Of a stretch of 64,000 bases of DNA, positions 39,808 through 50,206 are shown piece by piece. Each line of letters starts with the position of its first letter. Positions within the stretch are counted from its first letter, which is position 1. The notes beneath the pieces are model-generated. The model did no database searches. It was not told the DNA's origin and saw nothing but the letters and a program-made list of their open reading frames with translations. Position numbers and translations under genes: made by a program. The DNA is from Lingula anatina (lineage: Eukaryota > Animalia > Brachiopoda): positions 5,704,001-5,768,000 of the forward strand of contig CM120641.1 of the NCBI GenBank assembly GCA_051362555.1, given 5' to 3'.

Positions 39808-42800
39808 TTTCTCATACTTACGCTGCCGCCGTAGTGCATCACCGAGCCAAGATCATAGGGGATATTTGCATCGTTGATTTCATTGTGGTCATATTTCTCA
39901 AAGTTACTTGCGTGGCCAGGTAACACGTTTTCTAACTTGACGTTGACAAAACTATCACGGTCAGGTCTGGATTGTTCATGATAGAAGCCCAAAGCATGTC
40001 CAATCTCATGAACTATAGTACCCAACTGAAAATATGAAAATTCGATACACACACAATTTATCCATAAGACATTAAAACTAAACTGAAATATGAAAAAAAA
40101 AAAAAAAAACTGCTAGTTATTTGTAAGATGTGTTAAGTAACATATGTAAAGAGACAAATCTTGAAATAGAAAAACATCACATAATTAATATTTTTTTACA
40201 TTGGTCAATTTACAATACAAAACTTTCAACATTTTAACCTAATTTAACATGTATCTTCACATAAGTAGCACTACATGTAGTAGTAATGTTATAAATTAAA
40301 TGCCATAACAGGCATCTTAAAGCTACATGACTTGAAATAGAAATATCTGAATCAACAATATCATCATAAAATGTCGAGATAAGTGACAGTTCAAGACATG
40401 TCGTTGTGTGTATGGTAAATAATTAGGTTTATATACAAAGAATATGCACCGAATGTGCTGAAACTATATACTATTTAAAATTACCGTCGACCTCAACAAA
40501 TTCAATACACTTACCATGGTATCACACCCTAGGCCGATCGAAACTTCCTGTTTTCCACCGATTCGACCGACGTGAGAGTGACACCTAAAATATGAATAAA
40601 TTGTGTGTGTATCAAATGGTGCAGCATTTGCAAACTTAATATTTTGGTCTGTTTCAAGATTTCTGGTAGTACCACTGCCTAAAATGGTATCATATTATAT
40701 GTATTAAACTTAGGACACACCAGGGCTTGGTTTTACTTACGACCTTATTCATCGTATCAAACGATCTTCCATGCATTTCTTTTTATTATATTCTATGTGG
40801 TTTATTTTTTTCATGAGCTTCAGTTTTCTACGGAGCATCTAGTGTACTTTAGAAAAAAGGTGCCCATCAGCATGATCGTAGGTTTATAATCAATCACAAA
40901 GTAAGGATTGGTTTACCTGATCTGTCATTAAGAAGGACGAAATCGTACGTACCCGTGGCCACTGTAGAAATCCACATAATCATCATGTTGCAGCCACTGC
41001 ATCAGAGCACTTGTATAAGGCCTAAAACGAATGCAAGTGTGTTCTTCCCAGTGATTCATAGCTTTCTTGATCTTTTCCTCGACCTGGGGAGCTGAATATT
41101 TAGAAATAGAAAAAGAATTTTTCCACAGAAAAAGGTTCACTTCACTGTTGCAAATTGTGAATATAAAATTTTAGGAAGATTTGCTAAAAATTTGTTCACC
41201 AGGGCGTCAAATGATTTCGATGGAAAGCTTCATTAGTAAGATATTCAGATAAACCACGATTTTCAATTAATGTTTAAATTTGACATACTTATAGAAGAGC
41301 TGAACACATAAGGCACAATCCCCATTTTCCAATGGCTGTTGGTGTCACTCATTGCTTTTCTCTTTTGTGCGACGTATGACCTTTTCTTGCGAAAAAAAGC
41401 GGGGACATTTTTGCCGGTTTCCTTTTCAATGTGATCAGCTTGTTCTGGTGTTATCAACAAGTCGCCTTCGAACTGACCGGGGAGGGTCTCTACCTGGTGC
41501 TGTGTAGCATATAATCGAGGTTTGGTCTTCCCGGTCTTGTTTTCTTTCACCTGAAATAACACGCATTCTGACATACAAATTTACCGAGTTGTATTTTTAT
41601 TCAATCAATTAGGAAATTGTTATTTAGAGGTTCATTGTTTCACTTTTCATACACTTCGGTGAGTTCATTCTATAGCGCCAGTCGTGGAATAAGTCAGTTA
41701 CAACTGCTGGGCATCCACTGTATGCGACATACAAGAGCAAATAATATATCGACTCATATTGTAACCGGAACATACACACCTACAGAACCAAGCATGGTGA
41801 TAGCGCTAGAGGAAAATATAGTATAGTAGGTATTCTTTTATGTTTTAAATGTCATAACGTATTATAGTTACTTTTCTTTCTCTTTTCCAATTTTTATTTG
41901 CAATAAATAATAATAATTATTATTATTGGCTCTCAGTGAAGAGTATGATTTGTAACAGTTAAATCCTTGATCCACCCTCTTTCTTTCTGTTATCATTAAA
42001 CTCTGTGTTACGTAATGTATTCCTATTTGACCACCGGTCATTGTCATCGTTGTTTTCTATTGCTTTTACGTGTACAAAATCTGCGTTTCTTTGGTCGTCG
42101 TAGTCATTCTTACAAGGAATGTTTTATGTCCGTCACCGTATGATAATACTAAGACATGTGCATTTTATTATTCAGGCACGTAATGTCTATGATTTATATT
42201 ATGATTGTAAAATAAAAATCTGTAGTTTTTCTTACGCTCTATGTTCGTCACTGTTGATAACACTAGGATGCGTATATTTATTGTTCAGATTCAGGTAATG
42301 AAACAACGGAAAATCACCAGTAAGACTAGTTCTCTGTTACAGATTCATCAAGTGATAGGTGAGAAGTAGTTTATAAAGTATGTGAAGTTTGTGAAAAGAA
42401 GCACTCACAAGATCCTTTAACCAAATATCGGTATCAAATTTGAAAACCTCTCGGAAAACAATTATTCAAAGTCAGACCAGGGAATTATATCCGATATAAT
42501 TCCCTGCGTTATATGGTCAGACTAAACATACCTATGCTCCATTTTCAATAAGCGTGTTTTTAAGCGCAAAGGAACAAGAAACGAATTGGCATCATCAGTA
42601 TTGTCAATTTTCTGTTATTCAACTATTTTATATTGGAAAAATGTGTTCTGTAATAATAATAATAATAATAAAACAAAAAAGATTACCCTCATAAGTTCCT
42701 CCAGTTTCTTCTCTTCATCTTGTGCTTCGGCCAACGATAGCTGGAATGCAATGTCACACAATAAAACATTGATATGGCTTGTTGATAAATCTAAACTATA

Positions 42801-43362
42801 CACGTTTTGAAATTCGCAAAGTCATATTTTGTCTAAATATCCTGCAAAAGTAATAAACTTTATCAATTCAGACCTTTGAACGATGAGCCCTTAAAAGAAA
42901 ATGACCTAAAGTCGATATTTCCTTTTAAAATGTCAAGAAGACAAAGCGTTCTAAATTAATCGTTTCCAAAAAAGTTTAAATTATAGATGTTACAGAACAT
43001 CGAATCCAAGTGAAGGAACGTAAGTAGAAAGATTGTTTTGAGAAAAAAATTAAATTGGGCAAAAACTCCATATAGTATAACCTTTCTTTTAATTATTTTT
43101 TTTACGTTATATAAGATTTACATACATATCTTAATACTTCTACCAACTTGTTTCTCATATCGTTAACAACTGTTAAAGCATCTCCATTAAGAAATAATGA
43201 AGATCGAAAAAACATCTTTTACAGCATAATTGTTGTTCCTGAAAAATATGTTATTAGAGAAAGGAGGTAAATTTGTCAACTTACCGTATTACAAACTGCA
43301 ATCAGTGCCAACAGAAGAGATGCCATGACCAAGACGCGAAACCCGTTTTCTGGCTTTCCCAT
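35388..43362 (-). CDS. Astacin metalloprotease 2 (close paralogue of copy 1), 12 exons, ~527 aa
   Basis: Exons 43285-43362, 42687-42740, 41289-41550, 40953-41091, 40515-40584, 39822-40025, 39399-39525, 37637-37756, 36969-37066, 36529-36665, 35778-35911, 35388-35548; every exon has the same length as in copy 1; HEIGHALGFYH and SVMHY intact. Confidence 0.93.
36280..36505 (+). mobile_element. Harbinger-type MITE family A, copy 4 (astacin 2 intron 10)
   Basis: TTA-CACCCCATTTCCATAGA...TCTCTGGGAAAGCACCC-TTA; absent from the paralogous intron at ~27345. Confidence 0.9.
37115..37600 (+). mobile_element. 5'-truncated L2/CR1-group LINE 3' end with (AAT)n tail
   Basis: Translates YGDNSFKGAALRE*NLLPI*LRRIDSPATFKRDLKTYLF, resembling the L2 ORF2 C-terminus; followed by a 3' UTR and (AAT)n at 37561-37600; absent from the astacin 1 intron. 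Confidence 0.75.
37853..38054 (-). mobile_element. Diverged, truncated MITE family A relative
   Basis: cgctaaattgc..aattaattacccccta..gatagatcgat..ctgggaatagtccc-TAA. Confidence 0.65.
38057..39321 (-). mobile_element. Tc1-like transposon fossil in astacin 2 intron 7 (one TIR retained)
   Basis: Minus strand: SIMIWGA..HGNLNHERFTEILEQRLL..HPFIF*DDIA..WAS*SPD..SMPKRVVAILRSRGYPAKH*; terminus TA-CAGAGGGGTGACTAAAGTG at 39321; absent from astacin 1. Confidence 0.85.
39051..39120. mobile_element. 70-bp CAGAGGCGGAT mini-MITE nested in the Tc1 fossil, 6-bp TSD CGTACC
   Basis: cgtacc-CAGAGGCGGATTTAGG...CCTGGATCTGCCCTTA-cgtacc. Confidence 0.75.
39726..39802. repeat. Compound (AC)n(AG)n microsatellite
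   Basis: Direct inspection; the paralogous position in copy 1 has (TC)n at ~29000-29029. Confidence 0.95.
42478..42515. mobile_element. 38-bp hairpin micro-element with 7-bp TSD GTCAGAC (P-element-like)
   Basis: gtcagac-CAGGGAATTATATCCGATATAATTCCCTGCGTTATATG-gtcagac; absent from the paralogous intron at ~31565. Confidence 0.65.
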
Positions 43363-43446
43363 ACTTCTGAATTGTGGAATATCTTGAACGCAACCTGTCG
43401 GCTTTCTTTCTACTCAAATCTAATTCAAAATACCTCCTAACGTTTG

Positions 43447-43455
43447 TTTTTATAG
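43447..43455 (-). promoter_or_regulatory. TATA box of astacin 2
   Basis: GTCTATAAAAAC ~90 bp upstream of the ATG, conserved with copies 1 and 3. Confidence 0.7.
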
Positions 43456-44205
43456 ACCATACTCTCCTGAATGTTTAAATAGGGAACAATATGATTTCTC
43501 TTGTGCAAATAGCAAGAGTTTAATTGCATCATACGACTAATACGTATTTCAGTTTTGAAAGCACCAAATCAGACCCATCAATTTCTCTTTTGCGTAAGAG
43601 AAGCAGTGATATGCTATTCATTTATTCTCATCAAACGCTCAAACAACTACGTGGTGCCTGTAACTCTTCAGGTTAACAAAATGTAGCCACAATCCGCCTC
43701 TTCATATGCCTAGTTACAGCTGAAGGAGGACCGATATTGAAATTGTTTAGTTGACAGGAATCCAAAGATTTTCATAAAATTTGGACCTCTCAAGAAAAAA
43801 ATTAACGGTGATTTTCAAATAAGATACAAGTGTCAATTGCACAAAAAATGCCAAAGTCAACAAATTGGATTCATTGAGCTTGGAATTTATTGTTTTCTGA
43901 CAGGAAATTTGTCATGATGTTGCTGAAAATATGTCCTTTTCTTTCCCGCTTTAGAGCGAAATACGACAGAAATAATTGCACATCTCTTCTGTAGCGTCAT
44001 ATATTTTGTAAGTTCCGCCGGGAAGTTTAAATTAACTCACACTTATCACTTTAAGAACTAGGAATGGGCCAATGGACCAACCCTCTCACAACAACCGGCT
44101 TGGTCACTTTTCTTACGAAGCCATTATAACAAAGTCCGAAAGTTGACTTTCTGCCATGTCAGTATGTGGTGGCCGTCGTCACTGAAGCAGTGACAAGGAT
44201 ATTAA

Positions 44206-45779
44206 GGGATCTTGGATATTAACGAAAAAGTCCAAAACTAATGCAGCTAATGAAATTTCCTATTAACTTAAAGAAAAGGTCTAGCAAGCCAAACAATTTT
44301 TCAAAGTTTGTAGTCACAGTGTAACACGAGTGACGTAATATCAGCGTTTTGAGGCTAAAATTGTCTTTTTTTTAATCAAGAATTTCTCTTAAACAAAAAG
44401 CCCTATTAATACGATTGAAATAGCTATCTAAAGGTTAGCACAAACTCCATTAAACTCTGTCAGGATTTTCTCTTTTTATTTTTACTTTTGATTTTATTTT
44501 GATAAAACGTGAATTTTACGAAATATATATGGACCTTCCAATTTCAGTATTAATAACTTCAAAAATAAAAGGTCAATCCAAAAACCAAGACTCAGACGAC
44601 TAGATATTATACTGAAACAGAGACACATCAAATTTTATGTCAATCTGACAGTTACAGAATGAGATATGGGGATTGAAGTTTAGACTATGTTATCAATCTT
44701 CAAAGCTGAGAAATCGCTCCTAAACCATTTTGCTCAGGTAATTGGGCTATTTAAGCAAAATAATTGCACCTCCACCTTACCTGTTATCATCTTGTTGATC
44801 GGGAAGGTCTATACACCATTACGTGTTAAAATTGGGTTGTTTGTTTCTATCTAGATGCCAGAAAATCTTACTTTTGTACGCAAACTTATTCGTACCACGA
44901 AAGTCGCTCTTCCCTGGGAAATGATTGACAGCTGAGTAGGTCTGCCTACTCTCGTTTCACTGACGTAATTAATCATAATTGTGCCTGACGCAGTAGGAGT
45001 CTGTGCACTGTCTAGGAAGTGTCTAAGGAAGCGCTTACAAACAAAAAGAGGATTACTTGGTGTGCCAGCAGAGGACAATGCCACCCGTCGTGCGTGGGCG
45101 CCGCTCTACACACCAAGACGCGAAAATTGAGAAAGTAAAGCAAGATTTACTCCGAGAAATGGCCAAATGTGGGTACGTATATGCCATGATGCCACAGAGT
45201 GCCAAGACCGTAATATGCGAATTTGAAAATGTTTTGGGTGGCAATATTACTTTAAAACTTGCTTGCTATTACAATCTTTATTGTGCATAAAATGATTGCC
45301 TAACGATTTTTTTCTGACAACCCTAGACGTTGTACGAATACTCAGCAGTTCAAGTGTGATCTCGAGTCTTTACCGCGGGGTTTCTCCATCCACCAGAAGC
45401 ACTCTCTTTCAAAATTCTCTTGCTTTCCTCGCTCATCCGTTTTCTCACGACTTTCTTTCTTCCCATGACTGTGTATATAACTGTGGTCTGCTTAGCTGAC
45501 GTAAGACTTATGAGCTGCCAGGGCACGCGTAACAGCTTAAGAAGTAAGACAACCATTCTTGCTCCGCCCCCATAGTAACGGTGCTTGACAACGGAGGCGG
45601 AGCCTAAAGCCTGCCACCCGTACCAGTCAGGACAGGTAGAAAAACTCGTCCAAATGTATATTTTTAGTCCGTGTTTCACAAATATAACTTAATTGAGTAT
45701 TAGATACAAAATTGATTATTTCTAACGTATAAAAAACTAAAAATCGAGTTTTAGACGTATTTTTAATATCCTAGACCCC
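44206..45779. mobile_element. 1574-bp non-autonomous Kolobok-like DNA transposon, TTAA TSD
   Basis: TTAA-GGGATCTTGGATATTAA...TTAATATCCTAGACCCC-TTAA; the paralogous empty site is caaggatattaatgcgggtagaaggg at ~33398-33423. Confidence 0.85.
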
Positions 45780-46165
45780 TTAAGGCGGGTAGAAGGGAAG
45801 CGCCGTCATGTTCTAAACCCCAATTTATGTTGCAGAAATGTGTTCATGTCTTCAATAGGATTAAGTTACTTCGCCTTATAATGATATTCGTTAAGATGGT
45901 ATACATCTGACACATTAACAACAGGACTTTGATTTTTGAGAAGTACAAAAACCATAAAACACTTGCAAGATTAAATGCCTGTAAAGCCGGCAACAAGTAA
46001 ACAGAGCAAATAAAGAATCCACACAATTTTTTTATTATTTATTTTTTAATCAATTCCTTTTATTTTCACATCACCAGGTGATTGGAAATAACATTGTATC
46101 GTGATTAAATTGAAATAAAAATATCTGCTGATAATGTTGTCTTTGGTGGAAACAAGTAAAATAAT

Positions 46166-46968
46166 TGTAAGTGCACCAAGTCACATGACCATGTGGTCAG
46201 AGTTAACGTTTATATGTTGAAACACGTGATTTAGAGTATAAAGAGTAGCTACATCAAAGGAGGGGCAGTAGATAGCAGTAGACAAAATATGTACGGACAT
46301 GGCAGATAGCATCAAAATGTAAGTAATGAAGTAAAGTATTTAATTGTTCGTGTTTTCTAGTATTTCAGTAGTTTATTACCTCCGCCAAGGAGGTTATGTT
46401 TTCAACCCTGTTTGTTTGTCTGTCTGTTTGTCTGTTTGTCATCAACATAACTCAAAATGTTATGGATGAATTGCGATGGAATTTTCAGGGTAGGTCAGAA
46501 ATGGGTTAACTTAGAAGTGATTATTTTTTGGTGGTGATCTGGATCAATAATCAATCAATAATCAATAATCAATAATCAAAAATAGAAAAAACTAAGTTAT
46601 GGATCGATTTTGATGAAATTTTCGGAAACTGTCAGAAGTTGGCCAAGGAACAGATGATTAATTTTTGGTGGTCATCCGGATCAATAATCAATCAATAATA
46701 AAAAAAAAAAAATAAAATAAAAAAACTAAATCATTATAGACTTTCCGCCTTGGCGGAGGTCTGCGCTCTCGGAGTGCTTCTCTAGTTATTTATTGATGTC
46801 ACTTTTTATTTATTTAATTTTAGGTTTTACAAATAAAGAAACAAAGAAAGAAAGCCAACGGTAAAAACAGTATCAACGAAATTTAACGAAATAGAAACAA
46901 ATTGTGTTATATATGGACACATAACAGCTTAATCGTCAATATAAAATTTATGCATAACGTTTCCTACA
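46166..46968 (+). mobile_element. Probable solo LTR (TG...CA) containing a nested HINE
   Basis: ataat-TGTAAG...CCTACA-ataac; internal TATAAA (~46237) and AATAAA (~46832); absent at the paralogous site ~34037. Confidence 0.55.
46372..46787 (+). mobile_element. Non-autonomous Helentron-type element (HINE / DINE-1 / pearl-like)
   Basis: Subterminal IR ACCTCCGCCAAGG / CCTTGGCGGAGGT; (GTTT/GTCT)n microsatellite; two ~137-bp core repeats (46459, 46596); 3' hairpin GCGCTCTCGGAGTGC followed by CTAGTT. Confidence 0.9.
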
Positions 46969-47101
46969 ATAACAATAAGCATTGTCAAATAATCTACTGG
47001 CAGCGAAGAAGGGTAGGTCTAACAAATCTGTGGTCGATACCTTGATAGGTGGATAGATTGTGCTAGAGAAGACAACATGAACATTTTACTTGCGAAAAAT
47101 A

Positions 47102-48761
47102 CAGACTTGACATTTAATATGGAATATTTTTTTCCAAATCATTTTTCATCAGTTTTTTTCTATTTTGCTGACTGATAAATGAAAATACGGATTGAAATCG
47201 TGTTTTAATAACTTATAATTAACTCTTTGATGTCATTGTGACATCAGTTCATTCATGGAATTCGCCAGAGAAGCAAACAAAAACACATTGCCTATTCTAT
47301 GTCATACAACAACAATTAAAAGAGATATTTTGGATCTCCATATTTTCCAAATTATTTTCTGTTAAAGAGTTACACGCCTCACAAAGAACCTCCATGTCAG
47401 TGTCTAGTCACAGTAACGGTCGCTGTTACGCTTGACCTCTTCTGTTTGCTGCCAGCGCTCTCAAGTGGCAAGGCATTCCTTGGGTTAGGTTTTTAGAGTT
47501 CAATCTGGAATAACATTCCAGGCATCGGTCAAAATCTGTCCAATTTGTCCAGTTTTGTTGTAGGAAATGTAGGCCATTGATTCGGCGAGTAATGGCCTAC
47601 CCACATATTGTCTATGTGGTTCAAATATGGCGATTTTGATTACCAAGGTAGCTGCTCATTCCCTTGGTTCTGTAAGTAATCTGCTATTAAAAGTGCTATG
47701 TGTGTACCGGGAATTTCACCGTGCAACCTAAAATTGTTCCTAAGGTGCCCCCTATCAAATGATAGTCAAGTGGTTCTCAGATTATTCCTTTATTCGATCT
47801 GGTTCAGGTTTTCGTGGATGACCATCATTGGTGTTTTGGCACCAATGTGGTATCCACTCCAATTACTGACGCTGTTAATGACCTTAGTCACTTTAGACGC
47901 GGCACACGCTTCGTCGTTGGCCTCTTCTGGATGTCTTTAAACTCTGTTTTGACTGGATGAGCGGTACAAGTAAAAGCTGACCTCAGTAACGAAAGTCAAG
48001 AGGTTTCAGTGTTCAACTCAGAAACGATCAGGGTCCCCAATTCATTAGAGAAACATACAACGATGTTTTGCTGTTTACAGTGGGTTCCCCTGAGGTCGTC
48101 TGGTATTCTAACCAGCTAAAACCAGTTTGGTGTTCGCTAAGGGCCTTGAAAAATGCGTTTTGGTGGCAATTTACCCCTAATTCTGAACGGACTGGGTGGT
48201 TTTTGTTTAGTTGCAATAGCATATCCCGACAGACAGTGGGTCCTGTACCCTGGTGGTAAAATTTCAATACATTGGTTGTAGCCTCTGTGTAGGTACATCA
48301 GTCTGGGCATTACTCTTTAAAACTGTGCAGACCGTTTCGTTTGGCACAATTATCTGTCCGGCAATGTCTGTATTTTTCGCGACATTCTGCCACAGATTAA
48401 CAAATATGCAGAGCACTGCATAGCTCATTTTACACCTTGCAAAACCGACCACTCGCATGCAAAATTTCGAATTCTTCTATGCAGTAGTTGCCGACATATG
48501 GATACTTATTTGACAGAACCATGCTTTGCCAAAGCCAAGCTTTGACCTGCCCAAAGGAGCACTACCCAATTAAATCACTGCATATTAAGTAATGCAGCAG
48601 CGCAACAAACCTGGTGTTCAGTTAATTGGAAGCGACACACCTGACTACACACTTCTCCATTCACATTTCTTATATGAGATCGGAGTTTTTTGAAAAAAGA
48701 ATGCATTTTTACCTAGACATACCTTCGAAACTGAAATATTCCATATTAAATGTCAAGTCTG
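47102..48761 (-). mobile_element. Full-length (1660 bp) Tc1-like transposon with dead transposase
   Basis: TA TSD; perfect 28-bp TIR CAGACTTGACATTTAATATGGAATATTT; minus strand ..KTPMMVIHENLNQ..DYLQNQGNEQLPW*SKSPYLNHIDNMW..QILTDAWNVIP (decayed WPxxSPDLNPIENxW); empty site at ~34162. Confidence 0.92.
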
Positions 48762-50206
48762 TATATTGCTAGTGAAGAAAATCTAAAAGTTATGCTAGCA
48801 AACAAGCAAAGTCAACCTCCCTCTCTACATTGGCAATCATGGATCAAGTTTTTCCAGTGTTACTTAATCTACGCCATATTGGTGTTAAGAAAGGTAAAAA
48901 AAGAGCCACCACGACGTGGATGGTGAAAGAACAAGGTTTTAACATAATTTTTCAGTAAAAATTGTATTTAGGTGGTGTTTTAATCGCGAACAGTTTTGAA
49001 ATTTTTATGTCTTTCTGCGAAGATAACATGAGCATCTATATGCATACACCTTTTATCACAAATAATTAATAGGCTCTATATGTACTTTAATATTTTAAAC
49101 ATTGATAAAAGGGTTACACGTAGAGCAAGGTTATTCGTGCCAGCTGAGACGGTTAAGAATGATGGGTCAAGTGCATACAGCTCTACCAAATGGTTCTTAT
49201 ATTTGTATTTCTTGCTACACCAAGTCACTATTAAGTCATTCCCAGGGGCAATTTCATGTCTGTTCACGTTGTATGGCACAAAAAACTGTATAACATCTGT
49301 CCATACCAAATCAACGCACTATTCGGCGAAAGGCCCGTATCAAAATGCATCTGAAACGACGCCCGTTCTAGTGCACAATTGGTGAAAGAAAAAAAAGAGC
49401 AGGATGGTTGTTTGTACTCTAAAACACCACGCGTTTCAGAACATTAAAAGAAGCAGAAGTCGGTGGCAAGTTAGTTTTTGCTTGTAAAGAGAAACTAACC
49501 AACACAGGTAATGCTGCTTTGTGGAGTTCACCTATTTATTAATGCTAGGCCTACTATATTCAGAGGTCATGGAGGTAAAAAATACCCCTCTCCTCAGGCT
49601 GAAACATAGGCCGTTCATTTCAATGACATGAAAATGTTCGATATAATGAAATATTAGCCATTCTCATGCAAGAAATAAGAGGTAAAAATCTATGACTTCT
49701 CTATGACGTTTTAAAATCTTATCAGGACTCTTGAAGTGTCCATTATCCCCCCCCCCCCCCCCCACCACAAAAACTCTATTTAATTACAATATTTATGAAT
49801 GATTCTTGTTTTTCACACTATTTTTATGCTGACTGAGAAGCAAGTGAAACCTGGGGTGGTTGAAATCGATTTATCGTCAAAATAATCTGATCCAACATGA
49901 AGGCCCATATCTTACAGGCAAGTGAAAATGTGTAGGCCTACCGTTTTCATTTGCAAAACTGCTTTAATTAAATTGCCAATGCTTAACGTTTCAACACGTC
50001 TCAACACTCTTTATACAATCATCATGTTTTAGATATTAATTATATCTTTTAAGTAGGCCTACTGTATAACTGAATTGATAAAAAGTTCCATTTTGACAAT
50101 AGTGGTTCCGTTTGAGATCACTGGGGATCCCATGCATACTGCACCCTGAATGTAATGTCTTTAGGTCCTTAGTTTTCTAGATTTATATAATTCCATCATT
50201 TCAGTC

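Noticed and set aside
26221-43362. Astacins 1 and 2 as an uncollapsed haplotype artefact or pseudogenes
   Set aside because: Introns are well diverged, several insertions are private to one copy, and both frames and splice sites are intact; read depth would be needed to exclude it fully.
47238-48458. Short ORFs as an active transposase or captured gene
   Set aside because: They are fragments or antisense frames of a Tc1 ORF with stops and frameshifts.
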